Below the pieces are notes generated by a model. That model worked only from the letters and a program-made list of their open reading frames with translations, made no database searches and was not told the origin of the DNA. From Copranaerobaculum intestinale (GTDB taxonomy: Bacteria; Bacillota_I; Bacilli_A; Erysipelotrichales; Erysipelotrichaceae): a stretch of 32,000 nt of DNA. Location: the NCBI RefSeq assembly GCF_009831105.1, contig NZ_WUUQ01000002.1, forward strand, positions 360,001 through 392,000, given 5' to 3'. Below are positions 24,752 through 32,000 of this stretch, in pieces; the first letter of the stretch is position 1; every line of letters begins with the position of its first letter. The translations under genes and the position numbers were made by a program.

Positions 24752-26527
24752 ATGGATGGTTCAGTTTTAGAGGCAGAAATGAAGCAGCTAAAGAGCAGCT
24801 GCGCTTATTATCGAAAAAAACGCACAGTGGTTGCACTGCTGCGTTTTCTTGTTTTTATCTCAATGATATTGAGCTTTATCGGTGGTTATCAGCTGCAGAC
24901 GATCTGGTATGCATCAGCAGTAATGTTGCTGTTGGTTTTTATTGGATTGATCGTGTATCATGATACGATTAAAAAAGGGCTGTTTTACCGGGAATGCAAG
25001 CTTGAGGTTTTGCAGGATATCAAAAAGCGTAAAAATCATGAATGGACAGATTTTAAAGAGGACGGTAGTGCGTTTGTCGAAACAGATGATCTTGCGGCAA
25101 AGGACTTGGATATTTTTGGACATGCTTCCCTTTATCAGTATTTATGCTGTGCTGCTACACCTTATGGCCGCAGGGAATTTGCGCAATGGCTGAAACAGCC
25201 GGCTTCAAATATCACCCAATGGAAAAAACGGCAGGATGCAGTTGTCGAACTTTCGCAAAATATGGAATTTTCCCGGGCATTTATGACCTGCAGCAAAATT
25301 TTTGCCCATCGAAGCAAGATTCAAGAAACGACAATGTATAAAATTGTCGATGCGTCAAAAAACATGAAGCCCCAATCTGCTGCTTGCCGTATGATTCGAT
25401 TTTTGGGACCGACGATCATGCTGGTCTTATTTGTCTTTGCAATACTTGGAACACTTGCCTGGCCGTGGTTATTCGCCTGGTTTGTCATACAGGCTGCCTT
25501 GGCGATGCTGCTGAGGAAAAGCTGTGATGAACGTTTGACCCTGCTGTCACATACACAGTCACTGATGGATACTTACGAACGTATGTTTCGCAGTATTGAG
25601 CTGGAATCCTTTTCCAGCCAGTATCTTAGAGAACTGCATGACGCAGTCTTTGGTGCGACCTTGGCAGTCAAAAAGTTTTCAACGCTGATCGGCTTTGCGA
25701 ATGCCCGCAACAACGATATTACCTATTTGATCGGATCGGGATTTTTTCTGATGGATTTCCAGTTTGTATCCATGTATGAAGCATGGAAGCGTCATTACGG
25801 AAAACAATTAGAAGCATGGCTGCGGGCTGCCGGAAACATGGAAGCGTTGCTGTCGTTGTCCATGCTGAACCTGGTGCGGGATGATGTCTGTGTACCAACT
25901 ATGGGTGAAAATCCAAAGCTATCATTTACAAATGCCGTACATCCGCTGCTGGATGAGCGAAAAGCAGTTGGCAATACGTTTACATTATCCGGCGGTACCT
26001 GTGTGATAACCGGATCCAATATGTCTGGAAAAACAACCTTTTTAAGAACGATCGGATTAAATATGACGCTGTTTAATGCCGGCGGATTCGTATGTGCGAA
26101 GGAATGGATCTCACCGATGATGAATATCTATACTTCAATGCGAGTAGAAGATAATGTCGATCAGGGTATATCCACTTTCTATGCGGAAATTCTACGTATC
26201 AAAACGATGATGCAGGCAATGGAGAAGCAAGAGCCGATGCTGGTTCTGATTGATGAAATCTTTAAGGGAACCAACAGTGCCGATCGCATCATCGGCGCAC
26301 AGGAGGCTGTGAAACGACTTCATCAGCCATGGGTGATGACCTTTGTTTCAACGCATGATTTTGAACTCTGTATGCTGGAGGATGATCCGATGATCCAGGC
26401 ATGCAATATGCATTTTCGTGAATATTATGAGGATAATGAAATCCGCTTTGATTATCTGCTCAGAAAAGGCCGATGTCAAACAACCAACGCCCGGCAGCTG
26501 ATGCGAATGGCAGGAATCATCGACTAA
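24752..26527 (+). CDS. MutS-family ATPase with four predicted transmembrane helices; no mismatch-binding or Smr domain
   Basis: MutS core motif 'DLDIFGHASLYQYLCCAATPYGRREFAQWL', Walker A 'GSNMSGKTTFLRTIG', Walker B 'LIDEIFKGTNSADR' and 'STHDFEL' are present. Hydrophobic helices lie near residues 27-70 and 215-255. Confidence 0.8.
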   Translation: MDGSVLEAEMKQLKSSCAYYRKKRTVVALLRFLVFISMILSFIGGYQLQTIWYASAVMLLLVFIGLIVYHDTIKKGLFYRECKLEVLQDIKKRKNHEWTDFKEDGSAFVETDDLAAKDLDIFGHASLYQYLCCAATPYGRREFAQWLKQPASNITQWKKRQDAVVELSQNMEFSRAFMTCSKIFAHRSKIQETTMYKIVDASKNMKPQSAACRMIRFLGPTIMLVLFVFAILGTLAWPWLFAWFVIQAALAMLLRKSCDERLTLLSHTQSLMDTYERMFRSIELESFSSQYLRELHDAVFGATLAVKKFSTLIGFANARNNDITYLIGSGFFLMDFQFVSMYEAWKRHYGKQLEAWLRAAGNMEALLSLSMLNLVRDDVCVPTMGENPKLSFTNAVHPLLDERKAVGNTFTLSGGTCVITGSNMSGKTTFLRTIGLNMTLFNAGGFVCAKEWISPMMNIYTSMRVEDNVDQGISTFYAEILRIKTMMQAMEKQEPMLVLIDEIFKGTNSADRIIGAQEAVKRLHQPWVMTFVSTHDFELCMLEDDPMIQACNMHFREYYEDNEIRFDYLLRKGRCQTTNARQLMRMAGIID

Positions 26528-26596
26528 GCTTGCGTTATAAAAAAAGATTCACTCATCTTTGACAAATAACATCATAAAGATAAAAAAATAGTCAGC

Positions 26597-26626
26597 AGTG
26601 ATCGGTACTCATATCATCCGATCACT
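26597..26626. terminator. Hairpin between the convergent MutS-like and DUF3781 genes (possible bidirectional terminator)
   Basis: agtgatcgg (26597-605), 12-nt loop, ccgatcact (26618-26). An A-run lies upstream and a T-containing stretch downstream. Neither tail is ideal. Confidence 0.4.
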
Positions 26627-26631
26627 ATGGA

Positions 26632-26874
26632 CTATTTTCTTTTATGTGCGGTTATGATGGTGTAGCTGCTCGCGTTGACGGTAAAAATATTGTCATCTAT
26701 TTCAATATACCAGTTTTTTCCGTTACGGGTAATCAATGCCTGTTCCTTTTGGATTTGTACTTTGCACCAAGCTGCCATATCATCTGTTTTCATGGAAAGA
26801 TTTTGTTGAATCCGGATGATTCCGAGCGGTGTTGTATGCAGCCGGTCAATATTTTGAATCAGCTCTGTCGTCAT
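26632..26874 (-). CDS. DUF3781-like small protein
   Basis: 80 aa. 'LHTTPLGIIRIQQNL...AWCK...ITRNGKNWYI...FTVNASSYTIITAHK' matches my recollection of the DUF3781 pattern. Its ATG overlaps the nudF stop (ATGA). Confidence 0.6.
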   Translation of the reverse strand: MTTELIQNIDRLHTTPLGIIRIQQNLSMKTDDMAAWCKVQIQKEQALITRNGKNWYIEIDDNIFTVNASSYTIITAHKRK

Positions 26875-27425
26875 GATACAGTATCCCTTCTTTCATAGGA
26901 AGCTTTTAAAAGCGCATGCTGAATCGCAAGGATTGTTTTTGCATCGGTAATTTCACCGTTTTGGATCATATGATAGGCATCGTTAAAGGAAAAGCGATGC
27001 AGGGTGATTCGTTCATCTTCATCCATTTCCAGTGGTTTATCCGGCTGATACAGTTCTTCTGCTTCATAGATTGTGACCTGTTCATCGAGAAATCCGGGTG
27101 AGGGAAGCATGGTACAGACTTTAACCAGTCTTTTGCATTGATAGCCGGTTTCTTCTTCCAGCTCACGATGTGCAGCGCGCATGGGATCTTCTCCCTTTTC
27201 CAGCTTGCCTGCCGGTATTTCATAAAGGGATTTCCCAATGACATAACGAAATTGACGAATCAGCAGGATATCTCCCTGATCGATCACCAGGATACCGACT
27301 CCGCCGGGATGTCGTACCACCTCTCTGAGCGCTGATGATTGATTGTCCTCGATGATGACATGATCTTTGGTTACCTTGATAATTTTACCGTCATAGAGCA
27401 ATTCTGATTTTTGTTTAATTTCCAT
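26871..27425 (-). CDS. nudF: NUDIX hydrolase (ADP-ribose pyrophosphatase-like)
   Basis: Nudix box 'GKLEKGEDPMRAAHRELEEETGY'. I prefer the ATG at 27425 (GGAGGG upstream) over the longer version in the ORF track. Confidence 0.85.
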   Translation of the reverse strand: MEIKQKSELLYDGKIIKVTKDHVIIEDNQSSALREVVRHPGGVGILVIDQGDILLIRQFRYVIGKSLYEIPAGKLEKGEDPMRAAHRELEEETGYQCKRLVKVCTMLPSPGFLDEQVTIYEAEELYQPDKPLEMDEDERITLHRFSFNDAYHMIQNGEITDAKTILAIQHALLKASYERRDTVS

Positions 27426-27454
27426 TTCTATCCCTCCGCTTCCTTCATTGTTAT

Positions 27455-27486
27455 CAAATTTAAGAAAATGCGTGCATGCACGCATT
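27455..27486 (-). terminator. Perfect 20-bp palindrome followed by a T-rich tract between yfcE and nudF (attenuator, terminator or operator)
   Basis: AATGCGTGCATGCACGCATT lies at 27467-27486 and overlaps the yfcE stop codon. On the minus strand it is followed by ttcttaaattt. Confidence 0.45.
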
Positions 27487-27946
27487 ATAGAAAAATATGT
27501 TTTGCTTCTAACGCTTTGCCGTTGTCTTCAATCAGGGCATAGCTTGGTCCCCGTCCATCGCGGCTTCGCCAAAGTGAACCGGGATTGACTACCAGTACAC
27601 CATGGATAGTCTGTATATCGGCAACATGCGTATGTCCGAAGCACACAATATCACAGTTATTTTTACGGGCTGCCTCGGCCAGCTTCTCAACCCGCCGCAT
27701 ATAGGCAAACTGATGGCCGTGCGCAACCAGGATCCGATGCTTTCCAAAGGGGACGATCAGCGAATCCGGCAAATCATAAAAAATATCATTGTTTCCGGCT
27801 ACAACCATCATTTCCGGAAAATTTTCCGCATAATCTTCAATATCGCCGCAGTGAATCATCACATCGACCTCACTATGGTACTGATCGATTAATTTGTTGA
27901 CAAGATCACTGCGTCCGTGACTGTCGCTGACAACTAAACATTTCAT
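27485..27946 (-). CDS. yfcE: YfcE/MJ0936-family metallophosphoesterase
   Basis: Calcineurin-like motifs are present: 'VVSDSHG', 'IHCGD', 'GNND', 'AHGH' and 'GHTH'. The protein is 153 aa. Confidence 0.85.
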   Translation of the reverse strand: MKCLVVSDSHGRSDLVNKLIDQYHSEVDVMIHCGDIEDYAENFPEMMVVAGNNDIFYDLPDSLIVPFGKHRILVAHGHQFAYMRRVEKLAEAARKNNCDIVCFGHTHVADIQTIHGVLVVNPGSLWRSRDGRGPSYALIEDNGKALEAKHIFL

Positions 27947-28095
27947 AAAACATCACCTAGTATTATCATACCAAAAATGACAATATTATAAAAGAAAAAG
28001 CAAACAATTTAAAAGGACAGGCAAATATGCAGTACGGGCAGTAAATCTTCGGCATACGGTGGAATGTATCGAGGTACAGGAAGGAAGGATGATGT

Positions 28096-29328
28096 ATGGC
28101 ATATTCAGGAATTGATGTATCAGAGTTTCAAGGAGATATCAACTGGTCCGGCGTTAAGGCAGCCGGCATTCAGTTCGCGATCATACGGGCCGGATTCGGA
28201 TCCTTTCCGCAAGGAAGAAAAGATCGTAAATTTGATCAGAATATGAAAAATGCCGAGGCTGCGGGAATGGCGGTTGGTGTATACTGGTATTCTTATGCGA
28301 CAACGGTTCAGCTGGCAAAGCAGGAGGCTGAAAATTTTCTTTCGACGATCCGCGGTTATCGATTTGCATATCCCGTCTATATGGATTTTGAAGATGATTC
28401 TCAGCGGCCCCTTACAACCCAGCAGCGAACACAGATTGTAGAGACCTTTTGCTCGATCGTGGAAGCAGCCGGTTATTATACCGGTATTTATGCGAACCTC
28501 TACACATTTCAGAATCTATTGAATCTCAGTGAATTGGCGAAGTATGATAAATGGTTGGCGCAATGGGCGGCCACACCGACCTATGGAAATGAATTTGGAG
28601 GCTTGTGGCAGTATACCAGCAGCGGTCTTGTGAATGGGATCAGCGGACGGGTGGATATGGATATCTCATATCGAAATTATCCGGAAATTATAAAGCAGGC
28701 CGGATTGAACGGTTATGGTAATAACGGCGGCAGCACACCTGATCCGCTTCCCGAACCGCCGACAAAATATCAGCTGCATGACTATGTGACGATCAACGGC
28801 ATCTATACGTCGAGCGATTCGACAGAAAAATTAAAACCCAGCATTACCGGAGGAACGATCACGAAAATTTTGAGCGGACATCGTAATCCCTATCTGCTGA
28901 ATAATGGATCGGGCTGGGTTAATGATGGCGTGATTGTAGCTTCTGATTCCCCGACAGCTTTTCATGTCGGAGAAATGGTAACGCCGATTCGACCGGTTTC
29001 CTATGATGGTGTTCCCCTGCTGCCGGACGTTATCAACAAATCTTATCCGATCATTCAGCTGAATGGTGAACGGGCAGTGCTTGGGGCAGGCTTGAATACT
29101 GCGTTCAAAACAAACAATCTAAAGCGTTCGCAAGCCGGGGTGCCACAGATGATCCGTGTTGGCTCAACGGTGAAGATCAAACCGGGCGCTTTGGATTACA
29201 ATGGTACCGCGCTCGCTTCCTTTGTCTATGACAACACATATAAGGTCACCGAGCTTCAGGGAAAACGCGCTGTTTTATCTTCTATCAACACTGCCGTAAA
29301 CACTGATAATCTAATTTTGGTATCGTAA
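28096..29328 (+). CDS. GH25 muramidase (lysozyme) without a signal peptide, with an SH3-like segment and two tandem ~54-aa C-terminal repeats
   Basis: The N-terminus begins directly with the GH25 catalytic barrel 'GIDVSEFQGDINW...FAIIRAG'. The DxE motif is in 'YMDFED', with 'VDMD' late in the barrel. A Gly/Pro linker 'GNNGGSTPDPLPEPP' follows. Repeats cover residues 289-342 and 353-406. Confidence 0.85.
   Translation: MAYSGIDVSEFQGDINWSGVKAAGIQFAIIRAGFGSFPQGRKDRKFDQNMKNAEAAGMAVGVYWYSYATTVQLAKQEAENFLSTIRGYRFAYPVYMDFEDDSQRPLTTQQRTQIVETFCSIVEAAGYYTGIYANLYTFQNLLNLSELAKYDKWLAQWAATPTYGNEFGGLWQYTSSGLVNGISGRVDMDISYRNYPEIIKQAGLNGYGNNGGSTPDPLPEPPTKYQLHDYVTINGIYTSSDSTEKLKPSITGGTITKILSGHRNPYLLNNGSGWVNDGVIVASDSPTAFHVGEMVTPIRPVSYDGVPLLPDVINKSYPIIQLNGERAVLGAGLNTAFKTNNLKRSQAGVPQMIRVGSTVKIKPGALDYNGTALASFVYDNTYKVTELQGKRAVLSSINTAVNTDNLILVS
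28960..29313 (+). repeat. Tandem intragenic protein repeats (putative cell-wall-binding modules) in the GH25 gene
   Basis: 'FHVGEMVTPIRPVSYDGVPLLPDVINKSYPIIQLNGERAVLGAGLNTAFKTNNL' aligns with 'IRVGSTVKIKPGALDYNGTALASFVYDNTYKVTELQGKRAVLSSINTAVNTDNL'. Confidence 0.7.
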
Positions 29329-29351
29329 AAAAATACAGATGATAAGACATT

Positions 29352-29383
29352 GAGAAACAGGGGAAAAAGCCCCTGTTTTCTTG
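29352..29383 (+). terminator. Rho-independent terminator after the GH25 gene
   Basis: gaaacagggg (29354-63), loop aaaaag, cccctgtttt (29370-79), with a T-rich end. Confidence 0.8.
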
Positions 29384-29409
29384 CATAATCACTATGTTTA
29401 TGCTATATT
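29381..29409 (+). promoter_or_regulatory. Candidate sigma-A promoter for the hypothetical-tig unit
   Basis: TTGCAT (29381-86), 17-nt spacer, TGcTATATT (extended -10, 29401-09). Confidence 0.6.
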
Positions 29410-29441
29410 AGTAAAAGGCTTTTGTGAAAAAGGAGTCATGC

Positions 29442-30170
29442 ATGGATTACTATCAAGAAATACTATCAAAATGTGATGCACTGCTCGTAGAAAACAAGGT
29501 GCAGGAAGCGTATGATTTATTGGAAGAAGAATTGCGGATGCCATATATTCCCAAGGACAGTGAAGAAAAGATCATCGCCCTGTATAATGAATGCCGGCAG
29601 CAGCTCGAAATGCAGAAACCGCAGAAAACATACACGGAAGAAGATCTGGAAGATCTTTTATCCGGTACGCTCGATGAACAGTTTGCGGCAGTGGAGGTGC
29701 TGAAATCCAGCAATATCCGTCGTCATCTGCCGATCATTGAGCATTATTTTTGCGGGAATCCGCATTATCTGGTACGATCATTACTGGTAGAAGCACTGAT
29801 TGATCAGCAGGTACACGGAGAGCTGAAAATGGATTATGAGGGGATGGAAATCACCTTTGATCCTGGCTTTGTGGAAATGCCGATGGAAAGTGACGGAGCC
29901 CTGCAGGCAGTCGCATGGATTCGCGAATGGTTTGAGAATGACAATCCGAGCTTTGCGATGATGTGTGTGGAAACCTTGGTAAAAGAGGCTTATCTGAAGC
30001 TTCCGTTCAACATTGATGAAGATGAAAGTCAGTTGATCGCTTTGGCGGCAGTAAAGTATGTCTTTTATGCATACGGCGAGCAGCCGGCATTTGAGAAATT
30101 TCTTGCGGAAAAAGCACTTGCGCAAAGCAGTGGTTATGAATTATTATTAAATAAGCATGACATGGAATAA
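29442..30170 (+). CDS. Acidic all-helical hypothetical protein (possibly DUF3196-like)
   Basis: The ATG at 29442 has AGGAG 6 nt upstream. The protein is Glu/Leu/Ala-rich and its helix-prone sequence resembles TPR-like repeats. The family call rests mainly on its position directly upstream of tig-lon, as in Mycoplasma. Confidence 0.45.
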   Translation: MDYYQEILSKCDALLVENKVQEAYDLLEEELRMPYIPKDSEEKIIALYNECRQQLEMQKPQKTYTEEDLEDLLSGTLDEQFAAVEVLKSSNIRRHLPIIEHYFCGNPHYLVRSLLVEALIDQQVHGELKMDYEGMEITFDPGFVEMPMESDGALQAVAWIREWFENDNPSFAMMCVETLVKEAYLKLPFNIDEDESQLIALAAVKYVFYAYGEQPAFEKFLAEKALAQSSGYELLLNKHDME

Positions 30171-30215
30171 GAAAACAGATACATGCATAAAAGCAGTTAC
30201 TAGGAGGAACGAACA

Positions 30216-31484
30216 ATGAGTTCAACATGGCAGTTAAACGAAAAATCAAAAGGTGAATTAAAAGCAACCGTAAACGGCGAAACCTGGACGAAAGCACAGG
30301 ATAAAGCATTTAAGAAACTGGCGCAGAAAGTAAATCTGCCAGGCTTTCGTAAAGGACAGGCACCTTTGAACATGGTGAAGAAGCACGTCGGCAAACAGAA
30401 TATCCTGATGGAAGCGATCGATGAAGTAGCCGGAGAAGCACTGATGAACGGTGTGAAAGAACACGAGCTGCAGATGATTGCACGCCCGGAGCTGGGAGTC
30501 GAGAAAATCGATGAAAATGAAGTTGTGCTGACTTTCGCAATCACGGTAAAACCAGAGGTTACGCTGGGTGAGTATAAAAACCTGGATGTGAAGAAAGATA
30601 AAGTAAAAGTTACCGCGAAAGAAGTTGAGGAAGAAGCAGCGAAGCTGCAGGAAAAATTTGCTGAGCTGGTTGTCAAAGAAGAAGGCGAAGCAGTTGAAAA
30701 CGGTGATACTGCGGTCATTGATTTTGAAGGATTTAAAGATGATGTTCCTTTTGAAGGCGGTAAAGGAGAAAGCTATCCGCTGGTGATCGGTTCTGGTTCT
30801 TTCATCCCTGGCTTTGAAGAACAGCTGGTTGGTATGAAAGCAAATGAAACGAAGGATATCAATGTGACGTTCCCGGCCGAATATCAGGCAGCAGAATTAG
30901 CTGGCCAGCCGGTGGTATTCAAAGTAACCGTACACGAAATCAAAAAGAAAGAGCTTCCGGCACTGGATGATGAACTGGTAAAACAGGCTGAAATCAAGGA
31001 TGTTGAAACTCTGGAAGCATATAAAGAATATCTTAAAAAGCAGTTAACAGAAGCTAAGACGAATCAGGCAGAAGAAAAATATACCAATGATATTCTGACG
31101 AAAATCTGTGAAAACAGCAAGGTTGAAATTCCGCAGATCATGATCGATGATGAAACAGATCGTCTGGTAAATGATTTTGCTCAGCGTTTGCAGTCACAGG
31201 GCTTCTCACTGGATCAGTTCAAGCAGATCACCGGGCAGAGCCAGGAAGCAATTCGTGCTGAGCTGGGAAAAGATGCGGAACAGAAAGTCAATGTACGACT
31301 GGTTCTGGAAGCAATCGCTGCCAAGGAAGGTATTGAAGTAAGTGATGAAGAAGTAGAAGCAGAATATACAAAACTTGCCGAGAATTACCACATGGAAGTG
31401 GAGAAAATCAAAGAGCTGCTGGATCATAATGCAATCGCCTACGATTTAGAAATCCGTAAAGCGATGGATCTGGTAAAAGCTTAG
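30216..31484 (+). CDS. tig: Trigger factor
   Basis: Ribosome-binding signature 'GFRKGQAP' and FKBP-type PPIase block 'DFEGFKDDVPFEGGKGESYPLVIGSGSFIPGFEEQLVGM' are present. RBS is AGGAGG. Confidence 0.95.
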   Translation: MSSTWQLNEKSKGELKATVNGETWTKAQDKAFKKLAQKVNLPGFRKGQAPLNMVKKHVGKQNILMEAIDEVAGEALMNGVKEHELQMIARPELGVEKIDENEVVLTFAITVKPEVTLGEYKNLDVKKDKVKVTAKEVEEEAAKLQEKFAELVVKEEGEAVENGDTAVIDFEGFKDDVPFEGGKGESYPLVIGSGSFIPGFEEQLVGMKANETKDINVTFPAEYQAAELAGQPVVFKVTVHEIKKKELPALDDELVKQAEIKDVETLEAYKEYLKKQLTEAKTNQAEEKYTNDILTKICENSKVEIPQIMIDDETDRLVNDFAQRLQSQGFSLDQFKQITGQSQEAIRAELGKDAEQKVNVRLVLEAIAAKEGIEVSDEEVEAEYTKLAENYHMEVEKIKELLDHNAIAYDLEIRKAMDLVKA

Positions 31485-31493
31485 TAAGGAATG

Positions 31494-31520
31494 AAAGAGA
31501 CGCTTCCTGCGTCTTTTTTA
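31494..31520 (+). terminator. Rho-independent terminator after tig
   Basis: agacgc (31498-503), loop ttcct, gcgtct (31509-14), then tttttt. A-U pairs extend the stem. Confidence 0.75.
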
Positions 31521-31544
31521 GGCTTTTGAAAGGAGTGTTTAAGA

Positions 31545-32000
31545 ATGGAAGAAAAAAATTTGGAAATGCAGTATCCAGTGGTTTGCACACGGGGTGTAGT
31601 CGTGTTCCCAAATCAGGAAATATCCATTGATGTGGGACGCACCAAAAGCATGCAGGCGGTTGAGGAAGCACAGCTTCATTTTGATAATACGGTAGTTTTA
31701 GTAGCACAGAAGGATGTTGCGATGGAAGATCCTAAGGCTGAGGATATCTTCGGCTTCGGAACGCTTTGTGTAATCAAGCATGTGCGCCGTATGGAGGGCT
31801 ATCTGCGCGTAAAATTCCGCGGTGTAAAAAGAGCATCGATCCAGACTCTGATTAACGATGATACGATGATGAGTGCTGACATTGAACTCATGGAAGATGT
31901 CATGCAGAATCCGAAAGAGGAAATTGCTTTGGTGCGCCGGATCGCTCATCAGTTTGAAGAAATTGATATTATCAATCAGCATCTGCCGAAAGAGATGATC
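31545..32000 (+). CDS. lon: Lon protease, N-terminal fragment (continues beyond the window)
   Basis: This ORF is not in the track because it is open-ended. My translation from the ATG at 31545 (AAAGGAG upstream) is 'MEEKNLEMQYPVVCTRGVVVFPNQEISIDVGRTKSMQAVEEA...VVLVAQKD...'. That fits the Lon N-terminal substrate-binding domain, and there is no stop codon through 32000. Confidence 0.85.
   Translation, partial: MEEKNLEMQYPVVCTRGVVVFPNQEISIDVGRTKSMQAVEEAQLHFDNTVVLVAQKDVAMEDPKAEDIFGFGTLCVIKHVRRMEGYLRVKFRGVKRASIQTLINDDTMMSADIELMEDVMQNPKEEIALVRRIAHQFEEIDIINQHLPKEMI

Noticed and set aside
30200-30718. 172-aa Ser/Thr/Phe-rich low-complexity ORF on the minus strand
   Set aside because: It is antisense to the Glu/Lys-rich N-terminal part of trigger factor. 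GAA/AAA codons read TTC/TTT on the other strand, so this is a compositional artefact.
1-32000. Search for CRISPR arrays, tRNA/rRNA genes, riboswitches and T-box leaders in the intergenic gaps
   Set aside because: No spaced repeat arrays or cloverleaf-compatible segments were seen. The longest gaps (2426-2586, 3274-3453, 21838-22107, 22858-23072, 27947-28095) show no conserved riboswitch cores that I can recognise by eye. A covariance-model scan (Infernal/Rfam, tRNAscan-SE) would be needed to be decisive.

Overview
The window is a densely packed, mostly plus-strand chromosomal segment from a mid-GC Firmicute. By inference only, it may be an Erysipelotrichia or Mollicutes-related lineage: SMC is short (979 aa) and the gene order hypothetical-tig-lon resembles Mycoplasma. 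Recognisable core genes in order are: cdsA (3' end), dxr, rseP, hlyIII-family (minus), smc, ftsY, ylxM, ackA, a DHH/NrnA-like phosphoesterase, a large membrane protein, a lipoprotein, dnaE, a histidine phosphatase, a stand-alone DUF2156 (MprF C-terminal-like) gene overlapping a GNAT gene, a zinc-ribbon plus ProX/YbaK-like pair, a GNAT-YoaP fusion, an M20 RocB-like peptidase and a membrane-embedded MutS-like ATPase. These are followed by a minus-strand yfcE-nudF-DUF3781 operon, a signal-less GH25 muramidase with tandem C-terminal repeats, a helical hypothetical gene, tig and the 5' end of lon. I saw no rRNA, tRNA, CRISPR array, transposase or integrase. The most interesting region is a visibly AT-rich three-gene island at about 2475-5460, inserted after the rseP terminator. 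It encodes an orphan LytTR-domain regulator with a degenerate receiver-like N-terminus, then a perfect 8-bp direct repeat with a 12-bp spacer (the classic LytTR operator geometry). Downstream are a secreted papain-fold (C39/C10-like) cysteine peptidase and a secreted or lipid-anchored protein of unknown function. No kinase, pheromone or ABC exporter is present, so the island does not match the canonical LytTR quorum-sensing or bacteriocin layout. Secondary leads are the overlapping DUF2156-GNAT pair next to a ProX-like deacylase, the MutS-like membrane ATPase, and a perfect 20-bp palindrome between yfcE and nudF. All family assignments come from motif recognition by eye and need HMM or BLAST confirmation.
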